A DNA stretch of 63,345 nt, the filler included, from Bigelowiella natans CCMP2755 (taxonomy: Eukaryota; Protista; Cercozoa): assembly GCA_000320545.1 (NCBI GenBank). It is 7 parts of 7 records of this genome, joined end to end, with 100 filler letters (N's around TTAATTAATTAA, not from the genome) between each part and the next. Parts side by side here need not be neighbours in the genome. Positions count along the whole stretch, not along the records: positions 40,723 to 49,349 come from ADNK01002066.1; positions 49,450 to 55,214 come from ADNK01002590.1; positions 55,315 to 63,345 come from ADNK01001084.1; 4 more parts are not named here. One strand, written 5' to 3'. The translations under genes and the position numbers were made by a program. This document shows, one piece after another, positions 42,960-61,822 of this stretch. How positions within the stretch are numbered: position 1 is the first letter of the stretch; each line of letters opens with the position of its first letter. The notes beneath the pieces are model-generated. The model had not been told where the DNA came from and did not search any database. It saw only the letters and a list, made by a program, of their open reading frames with translations.

Positions 42960-43125
42960 TTATATATTTACATATTCAACATTCGCATCGCATATATGCT
43001 CATGCTTTTTGTGTATGTCTGCGTCCAGATTATACAGGTCCACAACCAATAACAAGAAAAAGGAGTTCTCTACCACACCCAAAGCATCATCGCCACCATC
43101 CCGTCCAACGGAGCGGAAGGCGTGA
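42050..43125 (+). CDS. BBS9: BBSome subunit BBS9/PTHB1, C-terminal exons
   Basis: Spliced GWEERTK-AAMLHLLRSVLVK...DTSKLKSNIQQ-VCERLSKG matches the recalled PTHB1 C-terminal signature GWEExxxAAxxHLLxxxLxK...DTSxLKxxIxxxCDRLSKG. Confidence 0.8.
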
Positions 43126-43901
43126 GACTATCAGCAGCAGCAGCAGCAGCACATGATTCTTAGCCTGCGATCTGCCTGCACAGCTTGCAGCCTCGTCAAA
43201 AAGCATTTTAACACTGCTGTTATCGTCGATCAACTCGCTGTGATACTGTCATTACTACCGACGCTATACTGCTATGTGTGTAGCGCTCAATGAATTGTAG
43301 CTCTTAGTTTTGTAGTCATGAATTCCTTGTGTGCACACACATGTACGTGTCTCGCTGCAATGTGTGCATGGACGAACAAACAAAAGTCTTAGCGCTGTTG
43401 CAGCCGCTTCGATTCGTGTAGCTACATCATCACGATGGCCATTTTGAAACTGTGTTCCTTTTGCGCGTGCGCCTCAAAATCGACATACGCGGACTGCGTA
43501 TGATAGACATGCTATTGCTGTGTCTATTATGCGTGTGCACGCATGCCGCATAAACTAGAAGATGTGTACGCTAATAAGTGCATCGTGCATCGCTATGTAT
43601 CGATCAGTACACAGAGTCGTAAGAGTGCGCGCCCGGGCTGCATGTAACCTCTATCCTTTGTACTAACTAATGTACATCGTATCGATATTATTGGCGCGCA
43701 CGCACCGAAAGAAATTTACATGTGTAGAGCTTGCCTTTGCCTGCAATTATATGTGCATAAATATATAGCCATGTAAGTTTATATTCACATGTAGCTGTGT
43801 GTGCGTGTAGTGGATGTTACGCTGCGTGCTTGTTGTATAAGGCTTCATTCGATATGGCATTATTTTTCGCGATGACAAGTTGCGGCTTTAGTATTCTTCC
43901 A

Positions 43902-45235
43902 CTACCGAATATCTTTGCTCAGAGTTTGAATTAATTCGTGCACGATTCTCGGTAACAGCTCCTCCGCTCTGCCCTTTAGATGTAGCAATGGAGCGTGCTT
44001 GATGTCATCATTCCGCTCAGGGTTGATGTCAACGATATCCAATTTTCGCTCTGCCGCCTTTGCGAGCAGCTTGTGCGGCAGTCCTGTGCATGCCATCGTC
44101 CCCGACATTAGGAGTAAATCGCACTGCTCCACCGCATTCATTGCCGATTTAGCTTTGTAGATATGCTCATCATACGACTCATCGAAGAATAGAATGTTGG
44201 GGCGGAGAGGCGCCTTTTTGCACGTTTTACAAAGGTGGAGCTGAGTATCTGCAGAGGATGATGGGGAGTTGTCTGGACTCGTTTCAGCGGAATTTGTCGG
44301 CTTGTCCTTCTTTTTATCTCTCTCTCTCTTTGTAGCAGGGTGTTCGGAGCCGCGATTCCTAGAGCGGTGCTTACTGCTGACGGTTTTTGGGGCATGCGAC
44401 TTCATCTTTCCACTACCACCATCTTCACGGGGGTTCGGGAAGGGTACTAGGACTTTGGACTGGGGGCATTTGGCATCAAAGCACCTTGCGTAGGATAAGT
44501 TTCCGTGGATCTCTAACAAATTCTTGGATCCTGCAGCTAAATGCAGCCCGTCTATGTTCTGCGATATGAGGGTAAACGCTGCCCTGCAGCTCTCCGCCTC
44601 GCTCAAAGTCCTCGGGTCAGAGGCTGCGTCTCTCCCCTCCCCGCACTCCTTTTCCGCCTTCGAATTCATAAAGCTTTCAAGCCTCGCGATTGCGTGGTGG
44701 GCTTGGTTGGGCGTTGCTTTTCTGCATTGCTGATATCTCTTCGAGTAGTATTCTTGGCATTTTGCAGTCTTAGCGTGAAAGACCTTTGCCGTCGCGATCT
44801 CCTGCGGGGTGTAGTTTTCCGAACCAAGCGTCCAGTATCCATCGCTTCCTCTGTATGTTGGAATTCCAGAGGCCAATGACACCCCAGCGCCTGTGATGAG
44901 CACAACGGACTTCGCAGTAGCTATCTTCTCAACCACCTGGCATGATGCATACGACTAAGAGTCAAGGGAAAGCACAACTTTGATGTGAAAATCGCCGCTC
45001 GCCTCCGCGAATAAACTACGACCTCTCGAAAGGAAATGTCCTTATGTTTGTAAGACTCGTTGGTTGCAACTTCAAGGCTCTCCGCGAGGCGTTCTGCAAT
45101 GCGTTCAGTGACCATATCAAAACCCTTCTGGAAGTACTTCCACTTTTGATCCAAACTCATCGATTTCCAATGCGTAGTAATTTGCTGCAGATCCGAGAGG
45201 TTATCCATGTCCACAGACTTCGCATCGCCCTCCAT
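43902..45235 (-). CDS. Sir2-family NAD-dependent deacylase (CobB-like), 2 exons (45235-45023, 44936-43902)
   Basis: GAGVSLASGIPTYRG, SQNIDGLH, EIHG, CFDAKC...CKTC zinc ligands, LRPNILFFDESY, DINP. Confidence 0.93.
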
Positions 45236-45847
45236 CCCCCCCAACGACACGAGCGAACGATCACGTTGCTCGAGCGCTAGGAGTGTCGGCGTGCCGAATT
45301 TTCAAATGGAAATTAATTTAAGCCGAATATATCTAAATATTTATCATAAGCACATATCTGAAATTGTCACCTTCAATCAACTGTTGGATTCGCAACGGTG
45401 ACAATTCCTGCTGTTATTTTTCGTTATAATTCTTATCCAACATGATCTTCTCGGAAGAGGAGAATACGTGCCGTTTCGATAGATGCGACAATAAATTCTT
45501 CATGTCGCGTTTGTACAGAAGTGTAACGTTTTTCCGATGGATGCCAACCGGCAACGCATGCAGGAGAGGTGGAGATAAGATGCAGCGCAGGTATCGAGGG
45601 CGCGCGCCGCTTCATCCAATGGCTGCAAGCTCTTTTTTATCATAAATCACTTCGATGAATGAGGCCAGTGCTGAGAGGAAGCAGAAGGAAAGATAGCTTC
45701 TTTTTATGCATTGGGGGTCTTTGTGTCGGCCTCGCCAACCGTCGCAACTGTTGGCACTGTTCTCATTTTCATGTCCCCACTCTTCGTTCGCTCTGCGCGT
45801 TTTTTCCAGAGACTGAAGGACCGTATACCAACGCATACTCACGTAAA

Positions 45848-49349
<3,502 letters not shown>

Positions 49350-49449
49350 NNNNNNNNNNNNNNNNNNNNNNNNNNNNNNNNNNNNNNNNNNNNTTAATTA
49401 ATTAANNNNNNNNNNNNNNNNNNNNNNNNNNNNNNNNNNNNNNNNNNNN
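49350..49449. other. Assembly spacer
   Basis: N-TTAATTAATTAA-N. Confidence 0.97.
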
Positions 49450-49452
49450 TAG

Positions 49453-50397
49453 CAGAGGCTTACTAACTGCTACCGTACCTGGGAGTCTGAGCTCCAGGCT
49501 ATCCCTGATGAAGTTAGCATAAACAAGATACCAAAGAAGTTACATGTGGATAATGAGACCTCTCTTCTACAGCTACCACACCCTAATATTGATGCCTCAC
49601 CTGTATACTATGCCCAGTCCAACTCCAAGGTAGAGCGACTCCACCGCACCTTGGCCAACCTAAGCAGGATAAATAGCACCACACCAGACAAGATACAAGG
49701 GTTAGTAAACGACACCTTCACGTCTGGGGGAGGTATCAAGGATAAGGAGAGGGAAGAAGGCGACGACAACGACGACGATACCGAGAGCGAAGACGAGAAG
49801 GTCCCGTACGATGGCCGAGTTCTAAAGGAAGGACAGTATGTTAGGGCCAAGGTAAATCTGAGATCGAGAAATAAACAAGACCCCTTCTGGGGTGGCGTTG
49901 CAAAGGTTACCGAGAGGAAGGGGAGGAAGCAGTACTACATCTATGATGGGAACAGGGTCACCTTGCGCCACATCAGTCACCTAAAGAATTATGATATCGG
50001 TGAGAAGCTCCTAGAGGATGTTAAAGTAAACCCTACTGTGTGGGAGCGAGCAATGCCTTGTTTAGGACCCCGACCTAAGTTCGATGTGGAATATGGAAAC
50101 AATAAGGTCAGGGTGAACGACGATTGGCGCATGAAGATTGTCTATCTAGGCTACCCTGGATTACGAAATATGGAGAGGGTAGCTATGAAAATAAAGGACG
50201 GAAAATATCAGCTACTCTACCTAGCTGTTCCCGACTTACCCTTTGAGCACTGGTATAAGGTCCTGGGGGACCTTGATGCAGAGGGCTGGTATGGACACGA
50301 ACCTAAGGACGAAGGTGAGTTCTGGGTAAGCGACAAAGGAGATAAGGTTAGAGAGGAATCTATTACCTGGTGGTTGGTGAAGTTCCGAAAGCGATGA
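49453..50397 (+). CDS. pol: 3' end of Gypsy pol: integrase core, GPY/F module and C-terminal Dam-like extension
   Basis: IPKKLHVDNE, YYAQSNSKVERLHRTL (QSNxxxER motif), LKEGQYVR...DPFWGG...RHISHLK; integrase last in pol, directly before PPT and LTR, gives the Ty3/Gypsy order. Confidence 0.88.
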   Translation, partial: QRLTNCYRTWESELQAIPDEVSINKIPKKLHVDNETSLLQLPHPNIDASPVYYAQSNSKVERLHRTLANLSRINSTTPDKIQGLVNDTFTSGGGIKDKEREEGDDNDDDTESEDEKVPYDGRVLKEGQYVRAKVNLRSRNKQDPFWGGVAKVTERKGRKQYYIYDGNRVTLRHISHLKNYDIGEKLLEDVKVNPTVWERAMPCLGPRPKFDVEYGNNKVRVNDDWRMKIVYLGYPGLRNMERVAMKIKDGKYQLLYLAVPDLPFEHWYKVLGDLDAEGWYGHEPKDEGEFWVSDKGDKVREESITWWLVKFRKR

Positions 50398-50402
50398 AGG
50401 TC

Positions 50403-50448
50403 TAAGGGAATAAGGAAGGAAGGAAGGAGCAACGTGACTTGGGGGAGG
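50403..50448 (+). promoter_or_regulatory. Polypurine tract region
   Basis: aagggaataaggaaggaaggaaggag...gggggagg immediately 5' of the LTR TG. Confidence 0.8.
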
Positions 50449-50773
50449 TGTAGCGCGTACCACTACGCGGGCACAAGTCACGTGCGACAACAAAGGGGTT
50501 GTCGCGGATATAGAATATAGATAACGTAGATATTAATACAGCATAGGCACGTGGGTTCCGGCGGGACTCATGGCAGCACACCGGAAGTGTGCTGCCCCAC
50601 GTGCGGCGGCATTCGCGAAAGCTTCGCGAATGATTACGCAGTGCACGATTTAACAAAAATATAATCTTTAATAAAAATAAACAAAACTCTTCAAAAGGAA
50701 GCAAACGTGCCTTCCCCCCCCCTGCCTACTTGTGCACGTAGCGCCTCGGCCTGTGAACACCTTACGCGCAACA
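50449..50773 (+). mobile_element. 3' LTR of the same Ty3/Gypsy family
   Basis: Near-identical to 22494-22819, TG...CA ends. Confidence 0.93.
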
Positions 50774-51660
50774 GTGATTGTCGTTGTCGCATTCGTCTGA
50801 GCAACACACATGCATCTAGGCATGCCGCGGAGTTCATCGCACCAGCTGTGCAGCGCACACACTTGTGAGCTAGCTGGGCGGCGGCGTGGCAGTCTGGATT
50901 GGACGCCATGCCAGCACACACGGCCTGGACGCGTCGAGCATCCTCTCTGGCTCTAGCTGCTAGCTGGCCAGCATGCTCGCGATCCTCTGGCTAGCCAGCT
51001 TGGATGCGCGCGAGTGAGTGGAAACTGATCGATTGATCTGGTGATGATGGCTTGACTGAACTAGCTAGCCAATGTGATTTTGCCCAAATTGGCACCACAG
51101 TGCTGGAGCACGATGAAAAAAAGAACCCGTTCCGCACAAATTTGCTCTGTAGCTCGTTGGTTTTGCACATTCCAAACTGTAACAAAGCTCACAAGCATCC
51201 TAGAATCCATGAGCGCAGCTGCATCGAACTCCGCCCATTCTAGCTAGCTAGCATTGCTGTCTGTCTGTCGCGCAATCGCTGAATTGGATTGTGATCGGGA
51301 CAGGCTGTGCACACCTCTAGCTAGCTAGACCTTGCGCTAGGCATTTCGAAACGATTTCACTGGCTACTGCAGGCTAGCGTGGTGTGATCAACAATGACGC
51401 GTCTGTCCTACTAGCCTTGCTAAGCTTGCACAAGCCTAGCTAGCTAGCATCGTGGATGAGACAGATGCAGCATGTTGAAAAGCATCAAATTTTCATGATG
51501 GATGCATCGTGGATTTCAAAATCGGTCAGGTCTCACTCACATGCACGCATGTTCTAGACGTCATGCTCAAACGTGACTAGATCCATTTAGATGCTGTGCT
51601 GTGAACAAATCTAGAAAATGAACGCCGACATCGCATCATGCTGCTACTAGACTTCCTTGC
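50774..51660. repeat. TpA-depleted, CTAG-rich island flanking the LTR
   Basis: About 31 TpA counted: 24 CTAG, 6 half-sites (CTAn or nTAG), 1 other. Confidence 0.88.
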
Positions 51661-51782
51661 ATGCAAAAATCTTTGGTCATAGCACATTGTTAGTTAGCTG
51701 CTGGTGTGTGTACATCCGTGTGACATAATGACACGTACCTACATGTCTAGATACACTGACTGTCTAGTATGTTACTGCTGTA

Positions 51783-55185
<3,403 letters not shown>

Positions 55186-55214
55186 AAGTGTGTGTGTGTG
55201 TGTGTATGTGTGTG

Positions 55215-55314
55215 NNNNNNNNNNNNNNNNNNNNNNNNNNNNNNNNNNNNNNNNNNNNTTAATTAATTAANNNNNNNNNNNNNNNNNNNNNNNNNNNNNN
55301 NNNNNNNNNNNNNN
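55215..55314. other. Assembly spacer
   Basis: N-TTAATTAATTAA-N. Confidence 0.97.
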
Positions 55315-55382
55315 AAACTCATGTATATTTCAGTAAAAAAATATTTGGTTTTTTCTTTTTTTGCCCCCCCCCCCCCCCCCCC

Positions 55383-55438
<56 letters not shown>

Positions 55439-55466
55439 TTGTGTTTGCTATGTGCATGTTAAACAG

Positions 55467-55694
55467 GCCTTACTTACGGGATCCTCTCCTTGATCCAGAG
55501 CTTGGATAACCTCCTCATCCTATTCCTTTTGCAAAGACCGCTCAGGTACTATTATACCTCTACTCGAAGATGCAATTTCAATCGAATCCTCACTATTAAG
55601 ATGAATTCTTCCGTTGTGATTGCTCGACCATGTTCGCATTATTGAGACCTACTCTCTCTCTCTCTCCCTCCCTCCCTCTCTCTCTCTTTCTATG

Positions 55695-55732
<38 letters not shown>

Positions 55733-56513
55733 TATTATACATAGCTCGGGAGGTGTGGGCTTGGATCCTGGAAAATCAGGGTGAGGAAGAAGAAGAAAAA
55801 TAAAACGATAAAGATAAAAAAAAAAGGGGGGGGGGGGGGATGGGAAAAAAGACTTTATTGCGAAACTTCATCGCGGAGCTTTGAACGGCAGCGCCGATTT
55901 CTATCTGCTCTGCAGCATAAGGCAGGACAGATGCGTGCTGCTCATTTACCGTAAGGCAAACGTCGCCGGTGGTGCTTTTTAAATCTAGCGCGTCTACTTT
56001 GCACACCGGCTAGGAAATGCTTGCAATGGGGGAGAACACGAAGAGGGGATGGCATAATACTGTTTCCAAGAACGCCTATCATTAGAGAGTATCTATATGA
56101 TGTATTGCTTGAGTATCATGCACACGCACACTCTGTTAATCATCTTTCTTCTTCTTCTTCTTCTTCTTCAAGGCTGATATTGTCCTCGAGCATGCTGTTT
56201 GTTTTCGTGGCGAATTACATGCTGCCGCTGCTGACGAAACGGTAACTACTCAAAATCGTTCTATAAAAAGAGCCACAATACCAGTATATTGTTATCTATC
56301 CTACGAAATGACCCACACAATTATGTAAGAACGATGGCAGTGCCGTCATATTTGTTCGTCTGTATCACGGAGGATTTGATTTGTATTTTCGCTAAGATCC
56401 GGCCAATTCCCAGTTTTCTTCTCAAGTCTGGTCATTTTCGCTGGTCTTGTTGCGTTAACCCCTGCCATCGGTGAGTGGGTTTGTTGTTCGGTGGTGTAGT
56501 ATTACACAAATAT

Positions 56514-56553
<40 letters not shown>

Positions 56554-57028
56554 CGCACATCTATGTATTTATATTTACACATATATTTCGTTATAACTTT
56601 GTGCGCTCCTGTGAGGGCTTATGTTTATCACCGATGTGCTAATCTGGTTGGGTGCACAATCTCTCTTTGTCGCTATATTTCATCATCAGGCTCGCTAGCC
56701 GGTCTCATAAACTCCGCAGCTGTCTTGACGTTTATCATGTAATCCATGATCATGCCATCAGCACACGAATGTAGAGTTACGATGAGTCGCTATTCGTTGG
56801 TTCTCGTACGTACTATCACGATCATCCTGTCTGTCCTGCAAATATGAGTATGAGCGGAGATATCAGAAGAAATGACGGGGGTTCTTGCAACCTCCCCCAA
56901 GGGTGCAATGTAGCACCAAGCGCCGTGTGGGCTGTTGTTGTTCTATGGCCTCGATGGACTAGAAAACGAAATCTCTCCGTTTGTTAATTTAGCTTCTTCT
57001 TTTTCTACTACCGCTCTTGGTTTTTCTT

Positions 57029-57104
<76 letters not shown>

Positions 57105-57488
57105 CTACTACACAGGTTCTTGCTAGTTGGCTTGCGACAGCTAGTGTTGGGAATACTTATGTCTCTTGCTATTATATTCGTTAACAACGCTGCTGCACCG
57201 GGGAGCGTTGGCGCAGTAAATGGGTGAGTTGTTCTTTCCTTCTCTCCCTGTCACCCCCCTCTCACACACACACACACACGCACAAAACAATTCGTTAAGT
57301 GTGTCATCCTTTTTCCCTCCACACTCCAGGCTCGGTCAGACGATGGCTGCTTTCTTGCGAGCGTTAGGCCCGTTCCTTGCCGGAAATATATGGGCATTTA
57401 CGCGTTTCACAGAGATGTCTGCCGCTTCAGTAGGAGCAGGTGCTTGGATGTGGCAGTTATAGTAGTTGTACTTTAGTAGCAGTGGTAG

Positions 57489-57519
<31 letters not shown>

Positions 57520-57583
57520 AGTGGTAGTAGCAGTAAAGTATTAATAGTAGTATAAAATGCTTCTAATGTACTTGAATATGCAT

Positions 57584-57620
<37 letters not shown>

Positions 57621-58185
57621 CTGTGTGTGTGCCGTATCCGTGAGGGTTTGCTGCACATCTGATGAAAAGCCCATGTGCACGTCACTACGACAGGAGGTGC
57701 GGCAAAGGCTGCTGTCGGAGGATCTGGCTCACTGATGATGTTCATATCGAATCAACTTGCTTTCGCGGTGAGATGATGCGATCAATGAATGAAACGCGCG
57801 CAGCTGCATCGTCGAAGCCCGAAACAATGAGCTAGCGAATTCTTTATTATGACCTCCCACGCCAATTCAGATCCCGACAATGCTCATTGGTGGCCTCTTC
57901 GCTCTGGTCCGCAGCATGCCGCCATCCCTGCAGTACCCCTACACGAATGAGCTAGAATCCGCCAGCAGCGCGGCGACGAATGTGGGGAGCAACTCAACCA
58001 CCGCCCAAGAGGAATTGTTTGATGAGACTTTCTTGGATGATAGCCTGACTCGTCTTGGGGCAACACTCGATGATGAAGATTCCAGTAGCCAAAACAACGC
58101 GACAAGTGCAGGCGGCTTGAACTCGGCGGTGGTGCCTTCACTGAATGCTTCCAGACTCACTGGCGGCAACGATCTCTATTTCTAG
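55467..58185 (+). CDS. Major facilitator superfamily transporter (ZIF1/TetA-like), 3' part
   Basis: Hydrophobic exons and IFVNNAAAPGSVGAVNG-LGQTMAAFLRALGPFLAGNIWA, typical of ZIFL-type MFS TM10-11. Confidence 0.82.
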
Positions 58186-58482
58186 CTTGCGGTTGTTTGT
58201 CGTACGTTCACCCAAAGGAGCGTGCATTAGCCTGGCTTCGTGATAATGCTTCATGTAAGTTATAAATCGTATGTAGTCAGTATTAGAGCTTGTTCACTAA
58301 CAAAGGTGGCGGTCAATATAGAAGGGTGTTAGTCATGGCACTAGCTATCGCTGCATATTCATATTCATATTCATTCAATTATGGTTAATGTGATTGGGTA
58401 GCTCTTTGTTTCTGCCTGATGATCGCCAATGGTATGACGCCTCATGTAAGCTATCTCTATCGCAGAGAAGGCAATGATCATG

Positions 58483-59262
58483 TGAGACAGATGTAATGAA
58501 GTGATTAAATATTTTCAATGATCATCCTAAAGTGTCTATGCAAAGCAGTGGCTACATCGTTTATGTTGTTCTGTTCGTTTCTGCTATTTATGTGCTGTGC
58601 TTTATGCATTATAAAGGCAACAATTTGGTTGTCATAGACAGACTGCTATAGCAGATGTAAGGAACAAATAGACATTTTCAATGTTCATCCTGCTAATGCA
58701 GATGTGCAAGGCAGTGGCCACAGACAAATGCACAATTTCATGTGTGTTGTACGTCTAGACGTGATGCGCGACGACGAAACGAAAAGATTGACTTGCAATG
58801 AGAAGGAACACGCACTGCTGCGCAAAACTAGAAAATGCGCGACATTCAAGACCAAAACAACATGCATTTGATCGCATGAAACACATCATAGCAGAGACAA
58901 AAAGATTCAACATCAGCGCTGTGCGTAGCCGCTGCACATTATTTCACAGCTATGCATGAGCTTAGATGAGGATGACCAATGGACAAATTTGACTTGATTG
59001 ATTACACCCGTCTGGCTTACGCGTGCTTCTGCTGTCATTGTTGCTGTGCCATTAATGCGATGAGGGCGGGCTGCACAGGCACTTATTAGATCAATGTGAG
59101 TGGAGAGATATTGCAAAGTGCAGAGTCGACAATGGCCTCGCACATGACACAATAAACGAGATAAATAGAATAGACACAAACTAAGCGCTGTAGCTGCCGC
59201 TTTGCATAGCTACATTAGGATGACTATTGAAAAGATTTAATCGCTTCATTAAATCCGTCTCA
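58483..59262. mobile_element. Nested MITEs: outer element with about 85-bp TIRs containing an inner, inverted, decayed homologue (about 58650-59013) of the 39895-40310 element
   Basis: tgagacagatgtaatgaagtgattaaat... is inverted against ...atttaatcgcttcattaaatccgtctca; second degenerate TIR pair inside. Confidence 0.82.
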
Positions 59263-59444
59263 AAATAGCCTCGCCTTTTGAATGTTATACGTCCAGCAGA
59301 GCAGCCAACTTGCGCACAGCAACATCTCATCCAGCCACTTGTTTACAATATTAGAAGCCACACTATTCGCATGTTTGTCACGCAATGGTTTTTGTTGTAA
59401 TAGCGTGTAAGATTTTAAATTTTACATTACTCTCGTCCGTATCA

Positions 59445-61790
59445 TCAAGCTTTAGCCTCTTCCTTCTTTTCTTCCTTCTTAGCTTCTTCCTTCTTTTCCT
59501 CCTTAGCCTCTTCCTTCTTGGCTTCTTCTCCCTCTTCCTTCTTAGCTTCCTCGCCTTTTTCCTCAGCACCTTCTTTCTTCTCTTCTGGTTTCTCTTCCTT
59601 CGCTGCCTCGTCTGCTTTCACCTCTGCCAAATGGAACGTGACATGGCCACACCGGCAATGTGAGGATGGGTTCAGGCGCATGCTTTCATCGCAGTCATCA
59701 TCAAGATTAGCCTGTAATTGCTACCTGATATTTCTTCCTTTGGAAGCATAGATTTGCACACGTTCTCTAATATCTCCCATGTTTTCCCCTCCTGAGTTAT
59801 TTTCGATGAGGAAATGGCGGCTGGTTGCATCGTCACGTCTGCCAAGCACATGTACTTCCCCCATTCTCCCGCTCCCCATCGTTATTATCGGTAGATTGTA
59901 TGTTATTACTGTACATCATGTGCTGTAAATCCCCTTGACACGCACAAAAACTATTACTACTACTTCTATGAGATTTCATTGCAACGTAAGTAGTTCAGCT
60001 TCTCCGCCGTCTCTCTGATATCGTCTTCTTCTGTATCATCATCATCTTCTTCTTCTTCTTCAACCACCTTCATGTCCTCGGCACTGGCCACGGCGCTAGC
60101 ACCGATACCTGCAAAGGTGATGGAAGGATGTCAATGCGTGTGCCGCGTGTATGGAAAGAACAATTCGATTGCTCGGAAAACTCTTGCTCATTGTCTTGTC
60201 TATCGTACGTTGTGCAGCACGCCGAGCTCCGATAATGTTCTCGTCCGACATTATCAACTCAAATCTGACAGAAAAGACCGCAATCCATGACCAAAGGTAT
60301 CCAGTTGGGATACGAGAGGCAGAAGCTACAAAACAATCATCCCTCCCCCATTGCCTCCTCCTCCTCCTCCTCCTCCTCCTCTTATTTTCATAAAAGAGCT
60401 TGTGATTGGCTGCTGTTTCACCACCTGTGAGGTGTATCGATGTATTTCAAAGTCGCAGCGCGCCCCTCGACCTGGTTGGAGGTGGAAATTGGTGGTAGAA
60501 GTAGAAGTAGCAGTAGTATTAGTAGTAATACCGAATCAAGATAAATTATGATTCGTTGCAAACAAAAATTAGGAAGGGGGGGGGGGGGGGGTCATATGGG
60601 AAGGAAAGGGGGAAGACATACCAGCACGGTGAGGCCCGCCTCTGCCATCTTCGCTAATGCTTCTTTGACGAACATTATCACCTCTCCCTGTTTGGTTGTT
60701 ATCATCCATCATCATCCATCATCACCATCATCATAATTATAATCATCACCACCACCATCAGCATACACCACAGGATGTATAGCTGACCTGGGTTACTGCG
60801 GCTACTTTAGGTATATTGGTAGCAACTTCCTTCGATTTTAACAGGGTTTTGTTGACTTTGGAGACCCTTTCCTTCACGCCGAGGCCATCGATCTCGACGT
60901 CAAAGGCATCATCTTCAAACTTATCAAACTTGAGCATCTTGGTGAACTCAGCCAGATTCTCAGGCTTCAAGGCTTCGTCTAGTTCCACCTGCGAATTATG
61001 AAATGAGCGGTGTCAGTAACGAGGCAGTAGGCGGCGGAAATGGGTGGTGGTGATTTGGTGAGATTTGATAAGGTTTGATGAGATGGGACGGCTGCTGTAG
61101 CCGTTGAAGAATTCTGAACATTCCGCATCTTCACCACGAATTCACAGGGGTGGTGGTAACACATAGTAGGGAAAAAAGGGTTTCTTATTGCTGCTTTCTA
61201 CTCATCTATCTTACCTCGCAGCTGCCGCTGCGCTGCTGCTGCTACTGCTACCACTACCACCACCACCAGCCGCCCTCAAAACACACATGGTAGTACCTTC
61301 TTCTCCTCGGCGAACTTAGTAGCCAGTAGCGTGATGGAACGGAAGATATCGCCGTTAGACCTTCAACAAAACACAAAGAATATCACCCACACGAAGAGTA
61401 TCACCTCACCATATGACAGCAACATATAGGGATTTGCATCATCATGATAGATGGCACACACGCCGCGACAAGAATAGCTTCGGTTTGCGCAGTGCGGCGG
61501 GGGAAACTACCAAGTCGTCGATTTTGGTAATTTCTCCTTAAGTTTTGCGACTGTTGTGCCTTTTCCGGTTCCAGAGAGCCCTGACGAACACGAAGACTAT
61601 GAGTGCCAGCATGATGAAATCACTCGTTCACACCATCATCATCATCATCATCATCATCACCATCATTATCATCATTAAGAACAATCCAGCGATTCTTTTG
61701 GACTGGAAACATCTTGTTTCTGGGCTGAAACTTTCTCGGAAATGGCCGCAGAAATAACAGAAGTAATCATAGTAACAATAGTAATAGTAA

Positions 61791-61822
<32 letters not shown>

